Of a DNA stretch of 64,000 nt, positions 51,190 through 64,000 are shown in pieces. The position numbers and the translations under genes are program-made. The notes under the pieces were generated by a model that worked only from the letters and a program-made list of their open reading frames with translations, was not told the origin of the DNA and searched no databases. How positions within the stretch are numbered: the stretch's first letter is position 1; every line of letters starts with the position of its first letter. Source of the DNA: Octopus sinensis (taxonomy: Eukaryota); the NCBI RefSeq assembly GCF_006345805.1, contig NC_043006.1, positions 248,001-312,000 on the forward strand, in the 5' to 3' direction.

Positions 51190-54100
51190 TATATATATCA
51201 TCATCGTTTAGCGTCCGCTTTCCATGCTAGCATGGGTTGGATGGTTCAACTGGGGTCTGGGAAACCAGAAGGCTGCACCAGGCCCAGTTTGATCTGGCAA
51301 TGTTTCTACGGCTGGATGCCCTTCCTAATGTCACACACTATATGTATCATCATCATCATCATCATCGTTTAACGTCCGCTTTCCATGCTAGCATGGGTTG
51401 GACGGTTCAACTGGGGTCTGGCAAGCCCGAAGGCTGCACCAGGCCAGTCAGATCTGGCAGTGTTTCTACAGCTGGATGCCCTTCCTAACGCCAACCACTC
51501 CGAGAGTGTAGTGGGTGATTTTATGTGCCACCGACACAGGTGCCAGACGAGGCTGGCAGACAGCCATGCTCGGATGGTGTTTTTTATGTGCCACCGACAC
51601 AGGTGCCAGACGAGGCTGGCAGACAGCCACGCTCGGATGGTGTTTTTTATGTGCCACCGACACAGGTGCCAGACGAGGCTGGCGAACGGCCACGATCGGA
51701 TGGTGTTTGTTACGTGCCCACAGCACGGAGGCCAGTCGATTTGGTACTGGCTACGGCCACGTTCGGATGGTTTTCTTATGTGCCACCGGCACTGGTACCA
51801 CAAGGATACAAATTCCATTGATGTTCATCTATTTTGATTTGGTTTGATTTGATTTGATTTTCACTTGCCTCAACAGGTCTTCACAAGTGTCACAGGAAGG
51901 AAGGTATGCACAGGTGGACTGACTACGTCCCAGGTAGGGGCCACGGGTTATGGCTTCACTAGTCTTGCCGGGTCTTCTCACGCACAGCATACTTCCATAG
52001 GTCTCGGTCTCTAGTCATTTCCATGGTGAGACCTAATGTTCGAAGGTCGTGCTTCACCACCTCGTCCCAGGTTTTCCTGGGTCTACCTCTTCCACGGGTT
52101 TCCTCAACTGCTAGGGATTGGCACTTTCTCACACACCTATCTTCATCCATTCTCACCACATGACCATACCAGCGCAATCGTCTCTCTTGCACACCACAAC
52201 TGATGCTTCTTAGGTACAACATTTCTCTCAAGGTACTAACGCTCTGTCGAGTAAGTACACTGACATTACACATCCATCGGAGCATACTGGCTTCATTCCT
52301 CATGAGCTTACGCATGTCCTCAGCAGTCATGTAGCATGGCAGTTCGTACACATGCATCATACAGTCTGCCTTTTACTCTGAGCGAGAGGCCTTTAGTCAC
52401 CAGCAGAGGTAAGAGCTCCCTAAACTTTGTCCAGGCTATTCTTATTCTAGCAGTTACACTTTCAGCGCACCCACCCCCACTACTGACTTGGTCACCTAGA
52501 TAATGGAAGCTATCAACTACTTCTAGTTTTTCCCCCTGGAAAGTGACGGAAGTTGTTTTCTGCAGATTTTCGGAGGTCAATGTTCCCGAGCATCTGCCAC
52601 ATACAAAAACTATCTTCCCAGTTAGCCTACCTTTGACATTGCTGCACCTCTTATATGTCCATAGCTTACACTGGGTACATCTTATAGAGTTTCTACTTAC
52701 ACCTTTTCTACTGATCGAGCAGGGCCATCTTCCTGAAGACATTTGTGGATTGTCTACCTTTCTACTTATTAGTACTTTGGTTTTAGCTAGGTTGAGTCTA
52801 AGGCCCCTCGATTCTAAACCCTCCTTCCACACCTGGAACCTCTCCTCCAGTTCTGATAGTGACTCAGCAATTAGAGCAAGGTCGTCAGCATAGAGGAGCT
52901 CCCAGGGGCAACCTGTTTTGAATTCCTCTGCAATTGCCTGGAGCACTATGATAAATAGGAGGGGGCTGAGTACTGAACCCTGGTGGACCCCAACCTCTAC
53001 TTTGAATTCTTCTGTGTACATGTTGCCAACCCTAACCTTACTTACGGCATCTCTGTACATGGCTTGCACAGCCCTCACCAGCCATTCATCTATCCCTAGT
53101 TTCCTCATTGACCACCAGATGAGGGATCGGGGGACCCTATCAAAGGCTTTCTCCATGTCAACGAAAGCCAGGTACAGGGGCTTATCTTTGGCTAGGTATT
53201 TCTCCTGCAGCTGCCTTACCAGGAATATAGCATCAGTGGTGCTTTTCCCTGGCACGAACCCAAACTGCATCTCATCTAAACTAACTCTCTCTCTAATTTG
53301 TTGGGCTATGACCCTCTCCGTAACCTTCATTACCTGATCCAACAGCTTGATACCTCTGTAATTATTTGTATCCAGGGCATCACCTTTACCTTTGTAGCAG
53401 TTGACTAGTATGCTGCTACACCAGTCATTGGGTATGACTCCTTCGTGTATCACCTGGTTGACTATACGGGTGACTCGGTTATAGCCGACACTGCCAGATA
53501 TTTTGAGCATCTCTGCAGTAATTCCTGATGGGCCTGGGGCTTTCCCTGTCTTCATGCTTCTAATTGCCTTAGCTACCACGGAACTATCAACTCGGATAGC
53601 TGGTCCCTCTGTTGGGTCAACATTCGGCAGACTCTCTTTATCCCATTCATTTTCTTTATTCAGCAACCTTTCATAGTGGCATCTCCAAACCTCTCTCTTT
53701 GCATCCTCATTTAGTGCAAGGGAACCATCATCCATGCGAAAACACTTCTCTCCTACCACATCACGATTCTCTCTCACACACTGTCTTGCAACATGAAATA
53801 CCTCAAGTCTTTCATCCTCACGGCTCAGAACATTGGCAAATTTTTTCTTATCCGCTTCCCTTCTGGCTAAATAAACCTGTCTCCTAGCTTCCTTTCTGGC
53901 TGGCTGATACAATTCCCTGCTACCACCGTTCTTCCAGTCCTTCCAAGCCTGTCTCTTTTGTCTAATAGCCCTGTCAACCACAGTGTTCCACCACCATGTT
54001 ACTCTGGGTCAAGATGGTACTTTGCTCCATCCACAGATCTGGTCAGTGGCTGTCAGCAGATTGTCCCGTAGAAATCTCCAGTTGTCTTCCACATTAAGTG

Positions 54101-54705
54101 AAGCTATATCCCCTTCTATTTCGTCAAAGGCTTCGAGTAGTATGTCTCTAAATCTCTGTCCATTTGCAGGATCTTTAAGCTTCCAGACCCTTCTCCTCCA
54201 AGCTGGTCTTCTTCTGGGCAACCATTTAGCTCTGATCCTGAAGTCACTAACTACTAATCTATGTTGAGGAGTACATTCTTCGCCTGGAAAGGTTTTGGCA
54301 TTTATAATCAGCCCTCTTTCCCTTTTTCTGGCAAGGATGTAGTCAATCTGGCTGGTGTGTCTGCCAGAACGGTAGGTGACTAGGTGAGAGGTGGGTTTCC
54401 TGAAGTTGGTATTGCAGACCATAAGGTCATTTGCATCGCAGAACTCCAGCAGCCTGGTTCCCTCCTCATTACGAGAGTCAAAACTGTAGCCTCCATGGAC
54501 GCCCCCGACATGCCGTCCGACATGTCCATTGAAATCACCTGCCACGAAGAGAAGGTCACTGTCATTTGTCAACGAGGTAGTCCGCAATAGGGTGTCATAG
54601 AATTGGTCTTTTTGTCCTTCCGGTAGCCCTGGTTGAGGGGCATATGCCGAGATGATGGTAGCTGTCCTATGGTGAAGGACTAATCTAATTTTAATTACTC
54701 TGTCA
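51190..54705 (-). mobile_element. Nearly intact RTE-clade LINE (partial APE endonuclease, RT, C-terminus, 3' UTR), truncated within the endonuclease, with a duplicated extreme 3' end
   Basis: ISAYAPQ..VAGDFNGHVG..SQIDYIL..QHRLVVSDF; RT with YADD. One in-frame TGA at 54009-54011 and a ~20-bp deletion near 52327 relative to the 21.7 kb copy. Confidence 0.96.
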
Positions 54706-56510
54706 CCCTTGTCCTACGTCCTGGTTCTGTTTTGTTGTTTATTTTTTATTTTCACCGTTATTGTTTTTACGTTTTTGTATTCTTATTGGTGTCACGTATT
54801 CTGTATTTTTGTTTGTGTACTTCGATCGTTTTCCGTCCTTTCGTTGTATACATTCGAAGCTTTGGGCTGGCCATATCGGAGCAATCTCAAGATTAATCAG
54901 CCGAAATTGCTAAGATGATCTGGTTCTTGACTGATGATGAGGGCTTCGAATGTCCCGTCCTGTGGTTCTTGTGTCGTCTCTGTGGTGTTTCATGTTCTTG
55001 TCCATGTCTGTATTTAATTTTACTGTTTACCTATATAATCGGCGGCTACGTATCCACAATTGTCCTTATACGATAAGTATATTTTTTTCTCAAGCTTTGA
55101 TACGACTCTTAATCTGTCTCTTTTTCTCTCTCTCTCCCTCCTCCCTTATTCCACTTCCGTTCTTTCCCTCTCCATCCGTCTCCCCCCCCCCTTTCTACGT
55201 TTCTCTATCTCTCTCACCTCCAGCCCCCTCGATCTGTCTCTTTCTTCTCCTCCCTCGTCCACCTTCTCTCCCTTTTCATCTGTCCCTTTCTCCTGTCTTT
55301 TGTTCTCACGTGACAGCTAGCCGCTGTTGAGCGCTCTTTTCGTTTTCAGCAGCCTCAGAAGCAACACGGATTTGTTCGTCTCCCCGTGGCCTTTAGGCAC
55401 AACTTCACAAGCCAGCCCCTACTCAAATCGTCCTGTCGAAAGACCCTTGTCCTACGTCTGGTTCTGTTTTGTTGTTTATTTTTTATTTTCACCGTTATTG
55501 TTTTTACGTTTTTGTATTCTTATTGGTGTCACGTATTCTGTATTTTTGTTTGTGTACTTCGATCGTTTTCCGTCCTTTCGTTGTATACATTCGAAGCTTT
55601 GGGCTGGCCATATCGGAGCAATCTCAAGATTAATCAGCCGAAATTGCTAAGATGATCTGGTTCTTGACTGATGACTGAGGGCTTCGAATGTCCCGTCCTG
55701 TGGTTCTTGTGTCGTCTCTGTGGTGTTTCATGTTCTTGTCCATGTCTGTATTTAATTTTACTGTTTACCTATATAATCGGCGGCTACGTATCCACAATTG
55801 TCCTTATACGATAAGTATATTTTTTTCTCAAGCTTTGATACGACTCTTAATCTGTCTCTTTTTCTCTCTCTCTCCCTCCTCCCTTATTCCACTTCCGTTC
55901 TTTCCCTCTCCATCCGTCTCCCCCCCCCTTTCTACGTTTCTCTATCTCTCTCACCTCCAGCCCCCTCGATCTGTCTCTTTCTTCTCCTCCCTCGTCCACC
56001 TTCTCTCCCTTTTCATCTGTCCTTTCTCCTGTCTTTTGTTCTCACGTGACAGCTAGCCGCTGTTGAGCGCTCTTTTCGTTTTCAGCAGCCTCAGAAGCAA
56101 CACGGATTTGTTCGTCTCCCCGTGGCCTTTAGGCACAACTTCACAAGCCAGCCCCTACTCAAATCGTCCTGTCGAAAGACCCTTGTCCTACGTCCTGGTT
56201 CTGTTTTGTTGTTATTTTTTATTTTCACCGTTATTGTTTTTACGTTTTTGTATTCTTATTGGTGTCACGTATTCTGTATTTTTGTTTGTGTACTTCGATC
56301 GTTTTCCGTCCTTTCGTTGTATACATTCGAAGCTTTGGGCTGGCCATATCGGAGCAATCTCAAGATTAATCAGCCGAAATTGCTAAGATGATCTGGTTCT
56401 TGACTGATGACTGAGGGCTTCGAATGTCCCGTCCTGTGGTTCTTGTGTCGTCTCTGTGGTGTTTCATGTTCTTGTCCATGTCTGTATTTAATTTTACTGT
56501 TTACCTATAT
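54705..56510. repeat. Head-to-tail tandem of a ~737-bp unknown element (one partial plus two full units, nearly identical)
   Basis: CCCTTGTCCTACG recurs at 54706, 55444 and 56180; units end in ACTGTTTACCTATA. Confidence 0.93.
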
Positions 56511-58598
56511 ATATATTATATATATATATATATTCTCTTTTACTTATTTCAGTCATTTGACTGCAGCCATGCTGGAGCACCGCCTTTAATCGACCAGCTC
56601 GACCCCGGGACTTATTCTTTTGAAAGCCTAGTACTTATTCTATCGGTCTCTTTTGCCGAACTGCTAAGTAACGGGGACATAAACACACCAGCATCAGTTG
56701 TCAAGCAATGCTAGGGGGACAAACACAGACACACATACATGTATATACATATATATGACGGGCTTCTTTTCAGTTTCCGTCTACCAAATCCACTCACAAG
56801 GCTTTGATCGGCCTGAGGCTATAGTAGAAGACACTTGCCCAAGGTGCCACGCAGTGGGACTGAACCCGGAACCATGTGGTTGGTAAACAAGCTACTTACC
56901 ACACAGCCACTCATATATATATATATTTATTTATATACATATATATATATATTTATTTATATACATACATATATATATGTATGTATATGTATCATCATCA
57001 TTGTCTTCCATGGGTCATGGGTGGGATGGTTCCACAAGAGCCAGCCAGGCCGAAGCCTGCACCAGACTTCTGTGACTATTTTGGACGCCCTTCCTAACAC
57101 CAACCACTTAGCTGAGTGCTTTTTATGTGGCACATGCACAGGGAAAGTCAGTTTTGGAAAGGTTTCTACAGCTGGATACCCTTCTGAACACCAACACTTT
57201 ACAGTGTGGACTGGGTGCTTTTAAGTGGCACCTGCACTGACAAAGTCACCAAGTACTTGCAAGACATAAAACAAACATAAGAAAGCTTATAAGAGGGGTA
57301 GAGGCGTTGGAGGAGGTGATGTTGAAATGGTTACAGTGCATCCTGGGTGCCAATCAGGTTGATCTGGCATCGACCACATTTGGATGATGCTTTTTATGTC
57401 CCACCTGCACAGGAGCCAGTCAGGGGGAACTGGCCACAGCTACAATAAAAAAAAAACTAGAGTTGGGATTTCACAAGCACGAGCACTAGACCGGCAACGC
57501 CGGGTCATAGTACTAGTGTGTGTCTGTGTGTGTGTGTGCGCGTGTGTGTATATATATATATGAGAGAGATGGGGGAGAGAGCGAAGTAAGAGAAAGAGTG
57601 ATTAAAATTTAAATGTGTGTATTACTTGTCAGGTTGATTGACAGGCGTTAGTTAATTGACCTCATACCGCGTGTACCCGAGTCAGGAAACATTTGGAATA
57701 AATGAAGTAATGAGAAATTGATGCAATGCGCCATCACAAGGTTGTATCTATGTATAATTGACTGCAGAGCATTGAGTGAGTGGCTGTGTGAAGAGCAATT
57801 GCAGAGAAATGATTGAAATTTCGAGATTGTTCTGAACGAAATATAATTGGCGTTGTTCCGGTGGATTAAGTATTTAATAGACAACAACAACAACAACAAC
57901 AACAGCACAGTGTCTTTCTGTTTTCTTTTTCTTACTTTATATAATTTCTAATCGTTCTTTTTAATGGTCTGTACATTAAGTATATTAACACTAATTGATA
58001 TTACACTTAACATTCTTTAGACTTAGCAATCGGAACGAATAGTTGAAATAAAAACTATACAAAGAACGCCAACTCTTTGTGAGTTATTGTTCCAGGCCAA
58101 CATGTCAACGTGTACCTGACTGAAGCACATTTTTTTTTCTTTCATGTCATTTCCTGGGAAACAATATCGCATTGCTGATGAAGCAGAGAGAAATACCTGT
58201 TTCTTTACTACCCACAAGGGGCTAAACACAAAGAGGACAAACAAAGACAGACAAAGGATTTAGGTCGATTACATCGACCTCAGTGCGTAACTGGTACTTA
58301 ATTTATCGACCCCGAAAGGATGAAAGGCAAAGTCAACCTCGGCGGGATTTGAACTCAGAAGGTAACGGCAGACGAACTACTGCTAAGCATTTCGCCCGGC
58401 GTGCTAACGATTCTGCCAACTCGCCGCCATACTCTTTGAGAGTTATTGTACCTGTCCAACATGTCAACGTGTACCTGACCGAAGCACATTTTGTTCCCTT
58501 TTATGTCATTTCCTCTGAATATGGGGAAACAATATCGCATTGGTGACGAAACATAGAGAAACAGAGGGAAATTGACAAATTAGTAACTAATGAACTGA

Positions 58599-58660
58599 CC
58601 AATGAAAATAGAGATGAAATGATTCGGTGTGGTGACGTAAAGTCGATTGCAGCCAATCAG
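58599..58660 (+). promoter_or_regulatory. Candidate PDCD6 promoter: CCAAT boxes (58599-58603, 58653-58657) and a CRE/ATF-like TGACGTAA (58633-58640) in a locally CpG-richer region
   Basis: Motifs read directly about 170-230 bp upstream of the ATG; function is inferred. Confidence 0.5.
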
Positions 58661-58826
58661 AACCGTTAAGGCAAGTGCCCCATTGCAATGTGATAATCCA
58701 TATCCTCGCGTAGGATTTTACTAAAGCTCTGTTTTTATTTACTCGTTTCCTCTCAGCCGTGATTTTTTTTTCACTAATTAGTAGATTCCCCCGCACAGAG
58801 ACTGTTTTAAGGCGAGCTGTTTGAAA

Positions 58827-58882
58827 ATGGCATATTACGGATCTAACGTAGACCAGAATTTTCTATGGGGTATTTTCCAGAA
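58827..58882 (+). CDS. PDCD6: First coding exon of a programmed cell death protein 6 (ALG-2, penta-EF-hand) like gene: MAYYGSNVDQNFLWGIFQ(K); later exons not found in the window
   Basis: AAAATGG start; DQNFLWGIFQ resembles ALG-2 DQSFLWNVFQR; strong AA|GTAAGT phase-2 donor at the position I recall for the vertebrate exon 1 end. Confidence 0.72.
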
Positions 58883-61800
58883 GTAAGTGGCGATTCCATA
58901 AACAAACGGACATTTCTTGATTCTCTTCTTTCCAAGATGTTTAAACTTTGTGTTTCTCAAATATTCCTGTTGTCTTAATCGATTATTTTATTTTTTGTTT
59001 TGTCCAGAATTGAACCTTTTTTCAATAAGAAATTCCTCACGTTTTCAGTTCCCATTTATAAGCTTCCACTTGCCTCATCTTTACCGAAATCTCAAGAGGT
59101 CTCCTTCATTCATTTATGTCTAACTCTGATGTCGGAAAATATTCTAATTAATTACATTTAATTATGTCAATCCTGTATGTTAGTGAATTTACAGTTTTAT
59201 TTTTCAGAATAACCGTTTCCACACCAAATCGGTCAATACCCAGATCCGCACCACATTTTTTCCGTTTCCATTTCCCCGACCGGGTGCGGCGGATCTTCAT
59301 ATTAACAACCACTTACATCTGCCATCACCACACAACGTGTTGTACTTCATTTGATTTACCTGTCATAAATGTTGCCATTCAATCTTAACCGTCTCTTATC
59401 CAGCTTAAAACATCATTTTTTTCTTAAAAATCTAAATTTCATTCCGATTATATTCTAGTTCTGTGCTTCTCCATTTCTCTAACCATCTGTTCCAATACTC
59501 ATAACATGCTTTCAGCCGCTTTCCTATAGAATAAAGTCGGAAACACACAACTTGAGATGTAATTATAAACTAATTAATACTCAACTAATTACCGTTTCTC
59601 ATTCTATAATTTCCATTCTCTTCTATAGGAGTGATGCTTTTAATGTTTCTGTATCCCTTACTCTAATATCATATTCTTTGTCTCTAATTCCCATCATCTC
59701 TAATCTCACAAATTCCACATCATCTTCTCTGGGTTTGGTTTTTCGGTCAAACTTTTATCTGCTTTGCTAAGTGGGTTATGGAGTGCGCGCGCTCCTATCT
59801 ACATTTTTCTAGACATTCGTCATTATGTCATCATATTGTGAGCGAACTATGACATTATTACTATTAATAAATGTTATTTACCCATCCTAAACTTCATTTG
59901 TTTAAAAGGACTTCATTTCCTGATTTAAGCTGGCCTTTTTTCTTTTGCTGCTGTGTCTCAAGCCCTGCCCAGTAACAACGGGAAGGGATATTAATTCAGG
60001 CGCAACTTTTCAGCTCAGATTAATTTGAATTGAATCTGCCCTTGAATGAGAAATTGTTACACTTAACCATGAATTTACTGCTAGGCTTAACGGCTTACTT
60101 CAAAACTCATCAATATATAAAGCTTACTAAACCTTAATCTTTCTCAATATTTATTTTTGTTTTAGTTTAGGAAGGAACACGTTTTTATCTACTCTATCTT
60201 TATGAAATAAAACTTATTGGCTATTTCATAAGGAATCTTGCAAACACAAATACATAAACGTAAAAATTAGATCTCCTCTCTAATTTTTTACTCTTTATTC
60301 TTTAGAAACTACCTACACATGCTCTTAAGGTGTCGCTAAGTGACATAGTTATTATTATTGCCCCACCTGTAAAGATCACCGATTTAACAAAGAAGGTATT
60401 AATTTGGAAATTGAGTCAGATCGACTTCTTAAATGGAAGGAATTCAGACATTTGTCTCTTAACTCGTAAAACCCTTTCTTCAACCCATGCTTCGTGAATA
60501 TGCATATTATGGTTTGAATCCAAGAGATCCGATTTTGCGGATAGTAACAATGTTTCTACATTTTATAAAAGTGATTTTCTCAAACTTTTATCGATGTAGT
60601 ATTACTCTTTATATTAAAATGATTTCATGTAATATACATACTACATCGATTTATAGATAATAGATAGTTCTATAGATTAGGAAATCTCTAGTAACTAACC
60701 CATATGGTTTATTGGCAGTAATGTTAAAGCACCGAATCGAATAAACTTGCAGTTTTTAATTAGACCTCTTTATTCCAATCGAGGTCAACTTTGCCTTTCC
60801 ATGGTCTAGAGTCAGTAAAATAAAATTCCGGTCAAGTACTCTAGTTGATTCTTATAGAACATTCTAGATGTACATAGAATTGTAGTAGACAAATACTTGC
60901 TCACTTAAACATTCAACACTACTGTTCTTTTGGACGAAACCCTTAAGTCATTTCTGTTGTAAATCTGAATAACCGGGCAACAGAAGTTAATCAGTAATTC
61001 CTAGTTCCCACTCTATCATGGTGTTGCTATACACGAGGTTGTTAGGGATGCCAATGACACATACCAGTAATATAAACTTCAGAATGTTCCATTTCTTCTC
61101 CCTACCCTTTAATCTAGTTTTTTTAATTTTTTATGATAGCATATCACATTTTCTTTATGGCGAATCTGTCTCCTTTAAAAAGTTGAATGATAGACGTCGA
61201 GTAGTGTGTTGTCATAAGTAAACTAAATAAAAAATATTAGTTGCTATTAGGAGTTAAATAAATTCACAAATAACCAAAACAGTTGACGTGTATCTCTATT
61301 ACAAATGACAATACTTAACCGGAAGTTCAATATACCGTATACCAAAAAGTTTAGAATTGCTAAATGTTAATGGTTTCTTCAACTCAAGTTGCAGTTTTCC
61401 CAGTCCTTTTGACTGACTGCTACCAGCTATCCATCTGTATGCCTTGCTGCATATTTATTTCAGAAGAGGAGTTCATCATCATCATCATTTAACGTCCGCT
61501 TTCCATGCTAGCATGGGTTGGACGATTTGGTTGAGGTCTGGCGAACCAGACTCCAGTCTGATCTGGCAATTTCTACTGCTGGATTCCCTTCCTAACGCCA
61601 ACCACTCCGAGAGTGTAGTGGGTGCTTTTACGTGCCACCAGCACGAGGCCCAGTTTGGTGGTACTGGCAACGGCCACGTCCAAATGGTGCTTTTTATGTG
61701 CCACCTGCACCGGAGCCAGTCCAGCAGCACTGGCGACGACCTCGCTCGAATGTTAGTATTTCTCAGAAGCATAAAGGCTTAATTTCTCTGGTAGACTGTA

Positions 61801-64000
61801 TTTCTTTTAAAGACCTTTTAGCTACAATTTTGATCTTGTCCCACATCACCATCAACACTGCTGCTCCTCAATCAGGAGAGGTATCATTTCACCTGGACAC
61901 TATTGCCATCATTCCAGCTTGTTTCACATGGCTCAAGTTTATACCTGATTCGGTCTGTCTGCATGAGTCCAATTCCTTGTTGCGAGTGCAGTGCCATGCT
62001 GCACTGACTGGCATGGTCATGTGATGTGTATCTGAACTCTTCATATGGACATAAAACCTGTCATAAAGGGGGGGGGGAGCGACGCAGTGGGATGAAGAGG
62101 GGAAGATTGATTTCAACATGTTGGCATCTCATGAAATAGGTAATAAAGGGACCTTGATGACTGGCAACAAGTGATGCTGAGCAAAGACTTGGCCACCCAA
62201 GCAAATATGCTGACATTTATTAAAATGGGAATGGTAATGGAGTCTAAAATGTTTAGCATGAATCTACATCTGAACCTGTGCATCTACTAAGTTTCCCCTC
62301 TGCTGTTCATCATTCATGCTCTCTCCTACCACCAGACATTATGCTCCTCCACTGCTAGCTGCCTCTCCCTGTACACCAAGAGCATCCATGTAGCATTCAG
62401 CTGTAGCACCCATGCCAAGGTTGACAATGGCAGTCTTGGACTTTTCATGTCCTTTCAAACCATCCAAACTCATGTCACCCTGGAATAAGGACATTAAATA
62501 ATGATGATACATTAAAGACCAAATTTTGCAAAAACATCCATCTTAGTTAATGAGTGAAATGTATATTTAATATTAGCATTTCAATAATCTTGATTAACAT
62601 TTACCTTTTTACCCCAGACACACAAACTTTTTCTGGTTTTTTGATGCTCACTTGTTACACTTGAGGAATAATCTGAAATTGTATAAGTCCAAGGTTTTAC
62701 TTGTTTATCGGTCAGACTGCTAAGGTTACAGATGACTTTTGAGAAATTTGTGATTGACAATGAATATCCAAAAGTTACTTGGAATTCAAGTAACCCGACT
62801 TTCAGTTTTCACTTGCATATCAAACTGACAGTATTCCATTTAAATTTCATAGAATGGTTCTTTCCTTACCTGATAATGTACTGGATCTTTTCTCATCAAT
62901 TTCATGATCATGTTCTACACCTTTTTTTCTTTTTAAAGCTACAAAATGGGGGTTGATGGGGGGGTTATTTTGATGTACAATTTGTGAAGTTACTTTCAAA
63001 TACAAGACATTTTTTTTCTATTGAAAAACCTGTTTCTAATCACAAAATTTGTGTGTCAGACATTGGCAATTTTTGGTGCTGGTTCTTCTGCATGCAAAGT
63101 GCTGACTGTAAAGCCATGATATCATTTTCTGTTGTGGTATGAAGTTCACATGCCACAACCGACTTATTTTCCTCCTGCAATTGTTCCAATGTTCTTGGTC
63201 TGTAGGAGAGTCTCACTTGTAACAATTCATTTTGAATATTTAGGTCACCTCAACGAAGCTTACCAAACAAACACAACAATGTCAAGGCAGGTTACAATAA
63301 GAGTGCAAGAATTTTTCAATGATCAATGGTTCATGAAACAGACACATGACTCTGGTTCCTATGACAACAAAGTTTCATGTTATTCATCACGGTCACACAT
63401 CTGTTTCTGTTGAATCATTAGTGACATCTTCAGTAATGGTCTCACTTTTGGCCAGCAACACATTCTTAACTTTCAATTTGTTCTTCTTCCCAGAATGACT
63501 AAAAGACATCTTAACCATGCTTCAACATTATGATGATGATGATCATCATCATTTAACGTCTGTTGTCCATGCAGGCATGGGTTGGACAGTTTGACCAGGA
63601 CTGGCAAGCTGTAAGGTTGTACCAGACTCCAATATGATTTAGCAAGGTTTCTCTGGCTGGATGCCCTTCCTAACACTAACCATTCTGAGAGTGTAATGAG
63701 TGCTTTTACGTGCCACTGGCATGGGTGCCAGTTGCGTGACACCAATATCTGCCACGACTGCAATTTTACCTGGCTTGATGGGTCTTCTTCTCAAGCACAC
63801 CATAATGCCAAAGGTCTCGGTCATTCGTCATTGCCTCCATGAGGCCCAGCACTTGAAAGATGCTTTTCACAGGCCACCAGCATCAGCCACCTTGCCTGCG
63901 TGAGGCCAAATGCTTGAAAGGTGCTTTTTACATGTCACTGGCACGGGTGCCAGATTCTACCAGCAATGTTGTAAGCTATGAAGTAAATAATTCACAAAGA

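Noticed and set aside
54895-54960. Hammerhead ribozyme in the 737-bp unit (GAAA..CTGATGA..GAAT)
   Set aside because: I could not build stems I-III with the canonical core: GAAT instead of GAAA after stem II, and no stem I pairing. Kept only as a hint in the finding.
54709-56714. Repeated hydrophobic F/L/S-rich ORFs in the 737-bp tandem
   Set aside because: Low-complexity CT/T-rich translations; frames differ between near-identical units because of small indels.
62869-63480. Possible exon or short ORFs at 62.7-63.5 kb (including a TCAG|GTAAGG donor on the minus strand)
   Set aside because: No recognisable protein similarity, frequent stops, and no match to the expected ALG-2 exon 2 (VDKDRSG..SNGTW).

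Overview
Eukaryotic, repeat-dense genomic DNA. The SINE, RTE and microsatellite content looks like an octopus (coleoid cephalopod) genome; that is an inference from repeat families I recognise. Two host genes are supported. (1) LDHD, a mitochondrial FAD-linked D-lactate dehydrogenase, lies on the minus strand. Ten coding exons were reconstructed by hand with GT-AG junctions and consistent phases (46659 down to 9225, 1192 nt). The final exons are not in the window and must lie beyond position 1. (2) The first coding exon of a divergently oriented PDCD6/ALG-2-like gene lies at 58827-58882 (+), behind CCAAT and CRE-like motifs. The rest is interspersed repeats: RTE-clade LINEs (one nearly intact), CR1-like and Tx1-like fragments, several tRNA-derived SINE families, mariner/maT, pogo-like, piggyBac-like and Helitron non-autonomous elements, and long microsatellites. 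The most unusual features are four. First, an ~8 kb homogeneous 66-bp satellite inside an LDHD intron, derived from the tandem module of an RTE 3' tail; the same module is tandemly amplified at other scales elsewhere in the window. Second, a scrambled partial duplication of LDHD exons 7 and 6 inside intron 6 that keeps its splice sites. Third, a near-identical ~737-bp head-to-tail element next to the RTE. Fourth, small structural oddities: a 22-bp-stem hairpin, a templated inverted insertion, and a MITE containing telomere-like repeats. The long + strand ORFs in the array and in the microsatellites are artefacts of repeat periodicity.
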